From contig CDMY01000261.1 in assembly GCA_001179505.1 (NCBI GenBank), positions 1 through 64,000 of the forward strand: a stretch of 64,000 nt of DNA, read 5' to 3'. Shown piece by piece: positions 45,082 through 56,347 of the stretch. A program made the position numbers and the translations under genes. The DNA is from Vitrella brassicaformis CCMP3155 (taxonomy: Eukaryota; Protista; Chromerida). Positions within the stretch are counted from its first letter, which is position 1; every line of letters starts with the position of its first letter. The notes under the pieces are model-generated. The model searched no databases. It worked only from the letters and a program-made list of their open reading frames with translations, and was not told where the DNA came from.

Positions 45082-47902
45082 ATGCCGACACACGGCCTCG
45101 AAGACGAACAGCAAGAGGTATGGACAAGAGCGGTCCACACACATATGACGCGTGGTTTCTTCTTGTGCTGCCTGCCTGCCTGCTGCCTTGCTTGCGGAAG
45201 TAGCCTTGGTATCTTATCTGCCCTTAATTGCGTCCATCCGTACGCACAAGTGTACTGGCTCACACTTGCTGTTCGCTGCTTTGGTTTTGCGTGAGCTGCT
45301 TGTTGGCTGCGCAGCTTCTTCCTTCTTCCTGGGCCGAATGAACAAGTGAAAGGCTGTCGGCTGCTGACTGTCCATGGTATCCATGTACGCGTGTTCTTCT
45401 TCATGTGGGCTGAAAGATAGCGAAATATGTGTGGGTGGGTCGTAGCCAGCTATGAGTGAAGGTGACAGTCAGCTAATTCTGTGATCCGAACATTCATGCG
45501 CACATACGGAGCGGCATGCATGCATCTTCACACACATGACGACACACACACATGCACAGACATCCCCTCAGTTGTTTTCTTTCTCTCTCCCCGTGTCTGT
45601 TTGCATGGTGTACGTGTCAGGCGGCTCACAAGAACAGCCTCAACCCATTGCACCACCCCCCCCACCACCCCATCGCCCCTCAGCACTTCGTCGACGGCAC
45701 CCCAGATGTGCCCGACAACATGGTCGTGCACGTCAAGGACTTCGTCGAGCAGGCACCCACGACGCCCCTCGCACGCACCAACTCGTTCGGCCAGATCGTC
45801 CGGAAAGAGGAGCCCCTCTCCCGGACCACACAGTCCGGCCCCCCGCCCCCCTCCCTCTGGGCCGACTTCCCGGCCGCCGACTACGTCACCATTCTGACAG
45901 ATGACGGCAAGCAGTTCCACCCGACGGTGCGGCAGCGGGTGCTTCACAGCGAGAGCGAGACGGTCTACGCCCTGTGTCCCTTGCGCGACACCAAGCTGCA
46001 GATCACGGAGCACTGCATCCTTCGCACGCCGGGTGTGCTGGAGTTCGGCGTCCACTTCCGGGCCGTCGAGACGGTGCGATTCTCGTTCAACCGCGAGGTG
46101 CGGGTGGAGGGCCAGCACGATAAGTTCAGCGAGTGCGACTTTTTGCTGCCGGGGCTGTGGTACAAGCACAACCTCGTGGCGGGCATGAGCGACGAGACGC
46201 AGAACATCGTGCTATGCCCCAACCCCGCCACCAACAAGATGCTCTCGTCGTTCGCCTACAACCTCTACCCGAGCGTGCGCGTGGGGACCTGCTGGACGGT
46301 GCGGGAGGACAAGGTGGCGTACCCGGTGGCGGCCGTGTACCACCGCAAGAGCGGCGAGTTCACCTTCATCCAGCGGATGGATGTCTTGGAGAAGGACTCG
46401 CTGCTGCCGGGCTTCCCCAGGGGCGAGGTGGTGCTCGAGGGCGACACAGACATCGGATCACTCGGCTTCAAAAACAACAATGGCAGCCCTTCGCTGGTGC
46501 TCAACTTCCCTTGGTCAGCTCAGCTCACCTGAATGACCCCCTGTGCTGTCTTCACTAAGCCATCCATCAATCCATCTGTGTGTGTGTGTCTGGCAGGTAT
46601 GAGCGTGACTTCGCGTATCAGCGTAAGGGCACCATTTTGCCTCTGGAGGAGCAGGGTCCCGTGCAGTCCTTTCTGGAGCTCAAGGCCGGCGAGTCCAAGA
46701 CCGTCAGCTGGCGGCTCGTCTACGGCAGGTGCGACAGCTACCACGAGCTCGTCTGCACCACCTGGGAGGCGTCATACGCACACCTGCAGCCCAAACTGGT
46801 GCCCACATCCCTTCTCGATGACGAAATACTCGACCTCCTCTGCCACTACTTCGTGTACTCACTCACGGCCACACACACGGCATGCTGTCTGTGTGTGATG
46901 TGATATGTGTGTGTGTGTGTTCAGGGATTCGTATCTGTCGACACCGACGCTGCACGGCTTCAAGTGCGTCAACATGAGCCCCCGCACGTGTGAGGTGGTC
47001 GAGGAGGACGTAGCCTTTGAGGTGGGCTTCGTGGGCCGGGTGCTGATGAATGCCACCAACTGCTACACCTACGGCCAGAAGAAGGGCCGGCAAGACCTCA
47101 TCGAGATCGGCACCAGCGTCCTCACCTCATGGTTCGAACACGGGTTCACCGAGAATGGACTTCTCAAGGTGAGTCAGTATAGTATAAGTAGCTGGTGCCC
47201 GTGTCATCATTCTGTGTGGTTCTTTGTGTTGTCATGTGTGGCATGGCCGGCTGCAGGAGATTTTCCACGCCAATGAGCAGCAGCAGGTGGAGCTCTTCAC
47301 CAGCCGACGGCAGGGAGAAGGTATGCTGACCCTTCCCCCTCCCCCTCCTCTCACCCACACCCACCAGGGACACCAGAGACACCACAGACACACACTCTTC
47401 CTCTCTCTCCTGTGCTGCATGCCATTCAGCTGCCTTGGCGTTGATCCAGTATTTGGAGTTTGAGCGTCACAGCTGTCGGCCGCCCCCGGCCGAGTACGAG
47501 AGCAAGGTGAAGCGGCTGTTGGAGACCTGCATATCGCTGCAGCAGGTGGACGGCAGCTTCCCCCGGGCGTTCGACAAGAACCTCGCCATCAAAGACGCCA
47601 ATGGGGGCGGCACCTCCTGCATGGTCCCCGCTCTCATCCACGCCTTCAGGTCGTTGACCGTTCCCCCTCTCGATGGATGGATGGATGGATGGGTGGGTGT
47701 GGCATGCCGGCAGGTATTTCGATGACCCCAAGTATCGCGACATAGCGATTCATGCGGGCTACTATATTGTGAGTGAGGTGGTGGAGCAGGACAACTACAC
47801 CTCGTCCACCATCGATGCCAACTGCCCTGACAAGGAAGCCGCAACATACGCCGCTACGGCCATGTGGTACCTCGCAGGTCGGTCAGTCACACCCAACACA
47901 CA

Positions 47903-47937
<35 letters not shown>

Positions 47938-48721
47938 GCTTTCGTGATGGCTTGTGTGCTGTGTGTTCAGGTGTGACCGAGGTGGAGCAGCTTCGCCAGC
48001 GGCTGACCAAGGTGGCGGCCAAGGCGTGCGACTTTGCCCTCAGCTACTTCATGCTCTACGACACACCATTCGCTGCAGGACACATACTCAAAGACCAAGT
48101 GACATGACAGACACCATCCACCCCACCCACCACACACACGAACACCACACCCATCTGTGTGTCTGTGTGTGTGTGGTGCAGGTGCCGCCCCACGGCCTGC
48201 ACACCCGTGGGTGGGGCTTGGTGTCTAGCGAGAACAACCACATCGACTGCTATGCCTTTGACTTCCTGGATGTGCTGCGCTGGGTGGGCGACGAGGTGCG
48301 GCCGGCCAGCCAAGGGTGGAAGTACCACACGATGGCCAACCTCATCGCCAGCAGCCTCAGGGAGCAGCTGCTGCCGAGGCCGGGGCGCATGTGCGGCATT
48401 GGAAAGGTCAGGCCTATAACACACACACCACACACACAGAGGGAGGGAGGGAGGAAGGAGGAGCCATCCATCCATCCATCAATCCATCCACCCACCCCTG
48501 TGTGTGTGTGTGTGTGTCTTCAGGTGGGCTACATGCCGGAGGTGGTGCAGCAGACGTTGTGGGACTACGGCAAGAACGGCAAGGGGACGTACAACTACTT
48601 CATGGCCTTCGGGTGGCCGGTGGCGTCCATCTGGCGCATGCTAGAGCGGCGCGTCTTCGGCTTCCACCCCGACCTCCTCCCAGCAGACCACCCACACGCA
48701 CCGCCACTCGCACGCACCTGA
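45082..48721 (+). CDS. Uncharacterised protein resembling Bacteroidetes six-hairpin-glycosidase-like proteins, about 9 exons
   Basis: Long coherent spliced ORF with DFLLPGLWYKHN, REDK, FEVGFVGRVLMNA, DGSFPRAFD, SSTIDANCPDKEAA, HTRGWGLVSSENNHID, GYMPEVVQQTLWDYGKNGKG; family assignment from recalled motifs only. Confidence 0.75.
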
Positions 48722-49657
48722 CTCACCTGACTCACCAGTGGGACGGAGGGAGACAGGGAGGGAGGCAGGGAGGGAGAGTTGGAGTGGGATGCATGCCTGC
48801 AGGTTCTCCCGGTTTGTTTTTTGTTTGGCAATGCAATGAAGGTCGTCGGGTCGGTGGAGGGTTTTTTGCTTGCTGGCTTGCCTGCCTGCCTGCCTGCTCG
48901 CGCCAAACATGTGTGTGGGTATGCATGCGTCTCAAGCCGCTGCGCGTTCGTGTCGTGAAGCGCAGCCCTCCGTCGGTCTGTGTCGGTCTCTCGCAGCCAG
49001 CCAGCAGGGGTTTTTGCTATGTCGGTCGGGATGTGTGGAGTGACTGGGTTGGGGGTGGGGCGTGTTTGTTGTGTCTGTGGTGAGTCTGCGAAGGAAGGCC
49101 GCATGTGCGCTGAACGTGCATCAGATCATGCACGCCTGCCTAAATGCGCGGAGGCCGGTGGGGTGGGTGGGTGCGGTTTGTTTGTGTTGCTGTATTGCTC
49201 TGTTTCTGTGTCAGTCAGGTCAGGTGTGATCTACTGGTGTGTGTGGTGTGTGTGTACATCAATCAATCTGTTGAGTGAATGAATTAGCTAGGTGCACCCA
49301 CTACCGAAGACAGACAGACAGACAGACGGACAGACATCTGTCAAAGTGACAGTCACTCCATTGTACAGTCAGAGTTAGTTGATTGAATCCAACACAAGCC
49401 TCACTGCATTCTCAACGTAGACCGGACAATGCAGGGGTCTGGGGAGACCGAGCAAGACAAGCCCACGCACAAGGAGATGAACACATGCCTGGGTCCATGG
49501 AGATGACCCACACACGCGTACACCTCGATCGCCTCAGGCTCGTCCTGCCCTGCCCTGCCCTGCCCACTCACAAACCAAAAGAGTCAGTCAGTCCGTCACA
49601 TCATTCGACAGATCGATCAACGAACACACACACGGGTCAGCCCTTCCTCCCTCCCAT

Positions 49658-52600
49658 TCACTGCGCAGCACTGATGCTCTGCGTGTGGCTGCCGCCATCC
49701 AGATCCACCCATCCGCCATCATCGCCCCCACCACTACCGCCTTCCTGTGCACCACTCAGGCGCAGCGGTAGTATCGCCTTGGTGTGGTTCCAAGGCCCCC
49801 CCGTCACCTCACTGCTAATGCTGCTGCTGCTGCCAATGGTGGGATGATGCACCTGCATACGGAGTGGGGGGAAAGATACACAGCATACGTGGCTATACTG
49901 CTGTCCGTTGCGGTGACTTACCGCCCCGCCTGTGGTGGGTCGTGGGTGTCCCTCTGTGTCGTCATAGAACTCAATGGCATCACGTGAGTCGATGCCCAGC
50001 TGCCGACACAGCTCCTACACACACACAGCAGCACAGCACAGCACAGCACATAGAGCGATGATCTGGCTCCCTTGCTACCGTCTAGCTACATGGTAGACTG
50101 CACAGACACCAGCGTAGGTACCTCAAGGTGCTGGTGCTTGGCCCATGACTTGAGCTCATTTCTCCTGACGCTCACCAGCAGTGACAGCTTCTCCATCGCC
50201 CACTCCTCGCGGAAGTGCTGCGTGACGAACAACCGCAGCACGCTCACCAGGTCGTCGGCACTCAAGTCGCCCGCCCGCTGCACCAGCGACCTGCAGAGGT
50301 CCCTCGGGGCCGCCAGGTCGAGTGCAGTGACGGCCTGCAGCGCCCTTGCCATCTGCTTGGCGGTCCCCTCCCCCCTCTCCCTCTCCTCGACCCCATGGCC
50401 ATCAGGGTAGGGGTAGAAGAAGTTCCGTACCAGCTCGCCGCCCAGCTGGGCCACCAGCTCTTCCATCGTCCTCCTCTCGTGGCCGCAGAGGCCGATGCGG
50501 CCCTTGGGGTCACTCCAGTGCATCTGGAGGGCACGAAGCGCGGCCGTCGTGGCGTCGAGAGAGAGGTACTCGCACACCAGGGGAGTGTCTGTGTCGGTGT
50601 CTGCGTGGGTGGGGTGGCCTGTGTGGGGAGAGGGGGAGGGAGTGAGGAGGTGGGCGGCGATCTCGCGGTAGAGGTCTTCGCATTCGGCTGGGGTGAGGGC
50701 GTCTTGTTGCTCTCCGTCTTCCTCGTCAGCTGTGGCCTGGTCGCGGGCCTTGATGACCTCAATCATCAACGCAGGCAGCAGCTCGGCACGACACGCTGAC
50801 ACCACACACACACACACACACACGCAGAGAGAGAGAGAGAGAGGGAGAGAGAGGGAGAGATCACACAGAAAGATCTCGCACACCGACAGCAAGGTCACCT
50901 GTGACATGTGGCCTCAATTGTCGCTGCCACTGGGGTCTGGCAGAGTCGGCCGGGAAGGAGCAGATCGCCTGCACCAATGCGTCTGCGGGCGCCTCGGGCA
51001 AGATCCGCATCAAGCCCCCATAGGTAGCACAGGCGCTCTCCCTATCCAGCAACACATCGCTCTCGCCACCCTCCCCGCCTCCTTGGCTGCTGGCGGCCGC
51101 CGACTCCAGCAACGACGGCTCCTCTTGGACAATGCGTCTGCCGATCTCAGTGCCCTCAGCTGGTGGGGGCGCCTCGACACGCATCGGCCGATCCTTCACC
51201 GTGACTTTCGTCTCGTCAGGTGCAAAGGACGCCTCGTTGCCGTCACCTCTGTTCCTCTTGTCGCCACCCTCTCTCTCCCAGGCAAACTCCACCTGCTGCG
51301 GGGCCTTGCGGACGGTGTGCTGCTGCTGCTTCCTCGCCGGTAGCTCGCCCCACATGTCGGATTTTGGCTCCTCAGATGCCGCATCTTGCTCCGGCTCCTT
51401 CTTTAGGTGGGGCACCGGCCATGTGCCCCTCGGCTGCTGGTTACCATGCTCGCCCCACGCACCCCTCCCTGGCCCACCGCCGGCGTGGTAGAGGTCCGGC
51501 CGCTTCAGCCGTCGCGGCTTGGTGCCACCAGACGCCAGCGAGCTGTCTGGTGGGTAGACGAGGAAGTCGGCCGTGGCGTCGGAGAATGTGTTGCACTGGT
51601 CGACGAGACCTGCCTCTTCCGACTTGTACTGACGGATGGGGCGCGGAGAGGGCTGCAAGGGAGACGGCGGCTCAGTGGCGGGGGCGGGGGCGGGTGGGAT
51701 TGGGATGGGCGTCTTGGGAAGGAGGGGTGGGTCACCCGCCTCCACTGCTGACAGCCACGAATCTGCCAAGAAGCATCCGTAGACATGCACCGACCGATTC
51801 ATGGTGAGTGTCTGGCTGTCTTCCGTGTGTGAGCCTGTGTAAGTAACCTTCATCTGGAAACATGCCTTTGACCACTTTATCGACAACAAGCCATCCAGCA
51901 GGGGCCATCGCACCCCTAACACCCTCGCCATCGTCTCCCAGCCGCTTCACAGACGGCACCACCCCCTCCCCCACCACACACACCCCTCGCCCCTCGTCGC
52001 TCCCTCCTTCCTTCATCCTCACCCACGCCCAAGGGTCATAGTTCACCCGATGCAGCCCGAGTGCGCGCAGACACCGCACCACGCCGGCCTTGAAGTCCAG
52101 CGCCGCACATGCCAAGATGCATCGGAGGAAGAGCGTGTCGTCCATCTGTGTGCGGTCGGCGAGGGCGTCCCCGAGGTAGGTGGACGCGGGTGATGAGAAG
52201 GACTGCATGATGGCCGTAGTCATGAAGGCGTCGGGGTTGCCGCTGGCAGCGTAGCTCTCCAGCATGCCGACCCGCTCCTCGATGAGGGTGGACCGCAGTT
52301 TGTGCGGCACGGCGGTGGCGGCCGTCTCCTCCAGAAGGGTGTCGCGATACCCAGCCGTCTGAAGCGCTTGCAGGATCTGACAGACAACCGTCCATCCGTC
52401 CGTCCCCCCATGTGAAGTGAAGCATCAGCCCGGCCCATTCATTGGTGCGCTCACTGCACTCACTGACCTGTCCAATTTCCTTTGGTTTGAGGTGTCTGGG
52501 TGCCCGTATGACCATGAACGACAGCCGGCGGTAGAAGTTGAAAGCGCGGTGTCGCATGCGGCTGAATGATGACAGCAGGGAGGGAATGTGGTCGAGTGGG

Positions 52601-53662
52601 AGCTCCAGCAGACGGGTGGCGAGGTGCTCCTCCAGCGTCATGGCCAGGTCCCGCTGGTGACACCCCAGGCGAGATAGGGACTCGGCTATCGCCACCACCT
52701 GACACACACGGACAGGGATCATGGTGTGTGAGGATGGTGTGGTGTGGTGAGAAGGTTTGGTCACACACATCATCCCTACCTCTGGCACTGAGAAGTGTAG
52801 GATTCCGAGCTTGACCTCCTCCGCAATGACATTGACGAGCGCCTCATCGACGATGTTGAGCCGACTGAAGGCCCAGGCCACCTGACACAGCTCCTGCACA
52901 CACACACACACACACACACATGCCCGCCCCCGCGACACACAATGCAGTCAGTGCAGAAGAACTGTTGTCTGTCTGTCTGTCTGTCTGTCATCTTTTTCCC
53001 CCCCACACACAGACCTGTGGCGGGTAGGTGTTTGACTTGTCGATGACCTCTCTGGCGACGGCGTCGAATAGGTGCTTGCGGTAGATGTCCACCTTGGCGT
53101 AGTGGAAGGCCACCGATGCCACACCCTTGGCAGCCATGTGGGGCAGTCGATGGAGCAGTTCCTGGGCCAGCACATCGAAGAGCGGCTCATGGCGGATCCC
53201 CAGCCGCCCATATCCCGCCACAATCACGGCCATGTCGGTGTGCGTCAGCTCCGTAGCCTTCAGAGCAATGTACTTGGACAGGACGTTGAACAGCTTTGGG
53301 TCTGCATGGCTGCCCTTGGAGAAACCGATGACGGCACGCGCGAGTTCCTTGGTCTTGAGTGACGAGGCGAGGTCCATGAGTGCAGTGGAGCAGCGCTTCC
53401 AGAAGTTGCGGTTGGAGAGAGTGAGCTGGCCGGCGGTTTCGATGGTGTCGATGAGTTGCCCGGCCTCCATGTGGTGGATGGGGGTGCGGACGAACGTCTG
53501 GTAGGGGATGCGCTGGGGGTTGACGGTCTGCTCGTACTTGTCATACTCCGACAGACGCTCCCGCTTCTTGGCGAAAGATCTCCCCTGATGCTTCACAGAT
53601 GCGGCTGCGGGCAATGAGTTTCTCAAGGCAGGCGGCCTTGCAAAGGCCCTGTTTGGCAGCAT
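49658..53662 (-). CDS. Helical-repeat (HPR/OPR-like) organellar protein, multi-exon
   Basis: Transit-like N-terminus MLPNRAFARPPALR..RSFAK; ~37-aa repeats LKTKELARAVIGFSK, LTHTDMAVIVAGYGRL, MAAKGVASVAFHYAKV, YPPQELCQVAWAFSRL, FSVPEVVAIAESLSRL, LKPKEIGQILQAL. Confidence 0.82.
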
Positions 53663-53718
53663 CTTCCTTGAGTTGAGCCAAGCTTGCAGGTGGAATCCAT
53701 GAAACTGCTCACCCGGCT

Positions 53719-54040
53719 TGTTGAGAAACCAATTAGACTATAGCCGAGGTTATCCATCTGCAGGCCGACAGATCATTTCCTCAACACCTCCCTTCGGACC
53801 GCAGAGTTAGGGTACCCCCCTTTCCGCTCCTGCCTTTCCAAGGTTTCCGGTGTTGCTCCAGGAATGGAACTCGCGACCCCTCCGCAGCTGCTCAACGGGA
53901 TTGTTTTCCGCCCGGCTTGACTCCTTTAGGGTGCTAACCGGGGTTCGAACCGAGGTCAGTGGGCACATGACCTGTTGAGAAACCAATCAGGCTATAGCCG
54001 AGGTTATCCATTTGCGGGCCGACACATCATTTCCTCAACA
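53719..54040 (-). mobile_element. Non-autonomous miniature LTR retrotransposon (TRIM-like, Ty1/copia-type signals), 322 bp
   Basis: 68-bp LTRs (53719-53786, 53973-54040; 5 mismatches), each TGTTGAG...CTCAACA; TSD CGGCT at 53714-53718 and 54041-54045; on the minus strand CA|GGTCATGTGCCC directly after the 5' LTR (PBS-like) and GAAGGGAGG directly before the 3' LTR (PPT). Confidence 0.9.
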
Positions 54041-54640
54041 CGGCTGAGGGCGATCCCGTTCATTTTTTGAGCAGTAGGCCCCCTAACCAAGAGCGTCTTA
54101 CGCACAATGAGTGCGTCCATCCCTTTACAGAAGAACACCGCCGCAGTTATCGCCGAACGTCAAGATTGACCACCAGCCCTCCACTTGAGAGAACGCTCAG
54201 AGACACAGCACACACAACATCGACTGCACAGGTCCTCCATGTGTCCATATCTGATGCATCCATGCGATAGACACATGGGCCATGGGTCAACTCATACAAG
54301 CACCCACTCCTCTACAACCATCACGATGCGCGTGCACACGAGGGGCTGCTGCGATATCACGACTGACTGGATGATGGGCGTAATTGTCGCCGTGCTTCTT
54401 GCGTGCGCCCGTCGACTGCCGTCCACGGGCGCACGCAAGAAGCACGGCGACATAATGGATGGATCGACGCCCTTGCTTGACCCATCGGGGTGCATTGCAT
54501 GGAGGGCTGGGATGGATGGATGGACTACAGTAGGAGAGGGAGAGTAACAGGCCTGCCTGAGAAAGAAAGCAACCAAAAGCCAAGGAGAGGCTGTGCTGCT
54601 GGCAGCCGACTTCCACGTCTTTCTTTCTTCACGCACATGC

Positions 54641-55141
54641 GTGCCGCTGGAGATAACCTACGACGGCCAGGAGTGCTACTGGCTCGACCCGCGGCGCGAC
54701 GGCAAGGCGGACGGCCCGGGCACTGTGGTGACGCGTGACTGCGAGAAGAAGCTGTACGTTGGCGACATGAGGGAGGGGGTGCCGCACGGCCGGGGGATGC
54801 ACACCGAGGACGTCTCTGACGCCCACTTCTGGTACGAGGGCGGGTGGAAGGAGGGCAAGATGCACGGCAAGGCGGAGGTGGAGCTGCAGGAGTTCGGCAT
54901 TGAGGGCGAGCACCCCCCCATGCGTGCGACGCTCTTCAGTGGCGAGTTCGAGGGCGGCACGGCCACGAAGGGCACCCTCTTTCCTGGCCCCCCAGTGGCC
55001 ATCCCGCTGAACGTCAAGTGGGAGGCTGGCGGGAAGCTCGATGACGCCGCACGTGGTGAACTGTCCAACATGTATGAGAGACGGAGTAACGATGATCTGC
55101 CCAACTGGCTGCCTTTGTTTCCAGCCGACGACGACGAGTAG
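54641..55141 (+). CDS. MORN-repeat protein; no in-frame ATG found at the expected start
   Basis: LYVGDMREGVPHGRG, WYEGGWKEGKMHGKA and LFSGEFEGG fit MORN consensus YxGxWxxGxxHGxG. Confidence 0.7.
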   Translation: MPLEITYDGQECYWLDPRRDGKADGPGTVVTRDCEKKLYVGDMREGVPHGRGMHTEDVSDAHFWYEGGWKEGKMHGKAEVELQEFGIEGEHPPMRATLFSGEFEGGTATKGTLFPGPPVAIPLNVKWEAGGKLDDAARGELSNMYERRSNDDLPNWLPLFPADDDE

Positions 55142-56347
55142 AGATGGATGACACGTCGTCATCTGACACGTGCCAGCCATCGGATTTTGCCCCACGGTGC
55201 CCCGCCACACCCGCCCCACTATGCCTGCGTCTCTTTTCTATGGAATGTCCGGCTGGCTGGCAGCATGACAGACAGTGTTTCCACCTTTGCACACTGGCTG
55301 GCCCCCCTTCTCCAATGGCCAACGCACCCGGCCTTCCCTCGAGTCAGATCGCTCTCATGTGCCTTTCATGTCGACAGACAGAGGCGTGAGTCCACCTGCA
55401 TTGATTTGATCGCATGTGTGTGTGTCGGACGATACGTGGCGGATGCGATGCGCGTGGCGACTGTACAGAGATGTGGGCTGTCCCATGGCATGATGGGGCG
55501 GAAGGCTTGTCCCATCCAAAGGGTGGGCTCACGACTGTCTTGCTGTCCATTTGTTGATGGATGGATGGATGGATGGGCCGGCGGGGTGCGAAGCGTGTAC
55601 GTGTGAGTCTGCCCGTGTGTTCGTGTTCGTGTTCGTTTTCGTGTGCTTGTGCGTGTGTGTGATGACATTTTTGGTCCTGATGGATGGATGGGCGCGTGGC
55701 GTGCAGACACACCTGCTTCATTTCCTGCCTCCGTGACATCTGTGCATGTGTGTTTATAATGGTCAATTTGCATTCATGTGTCTCGTTGAATTGTCTTAAA
55801 CGTCAGTCGAGCAAGACCGTCAGCCCATCCATCCGGTCCAAGCAAGCAGCCAGTCAGTCAGTCACACCGCCACCCATACACACATATCAGCCAGACCAAC
55901 CAAGAGGGCCATCCATCCATCCATCCAGTCTGCCTGAGGTATCATTAGACCCCATGCCATGCCAGGGCCATGTGTGTGCTCTTAACAAGCGAGAGCGAGT
56001 AGTGTTGGAATCCCCCTCCCATCTAACCACACCATCCGATTCAATTCGATTCTCCCTTCTAGAGCTCGCCTGCCTGCCTGCCTGCCTGCCTGCCGTGACA
56101 CGTGTGATGTCATGGCTGACTAGCCCTCCTTCTCGCCCTCTCAAATCTCTCTCTCTCTCTCCTTCTCTCTTGGCAGTGCGATCCGTCACAGGCTAGCTAC
56201 CCCCCTTCTCTCTCTCCCTGTAATCGATACGATCACCAACACACCCACACACGCGCGCACACATACGCATGGCAGCGGGATCATGAAAGAAAGTATGCAC
56301 ACCCTTTCCACCCACCCACCCTCTGCCCCAACCCCGCCGTCCTGTCC

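Noticed and set aside
53935-53960. tRNA gene around GGTTCGAACC
   Set aside because: No cloverleaf or paired T-stem; kept only as a B-box-like motif within the TRIM.
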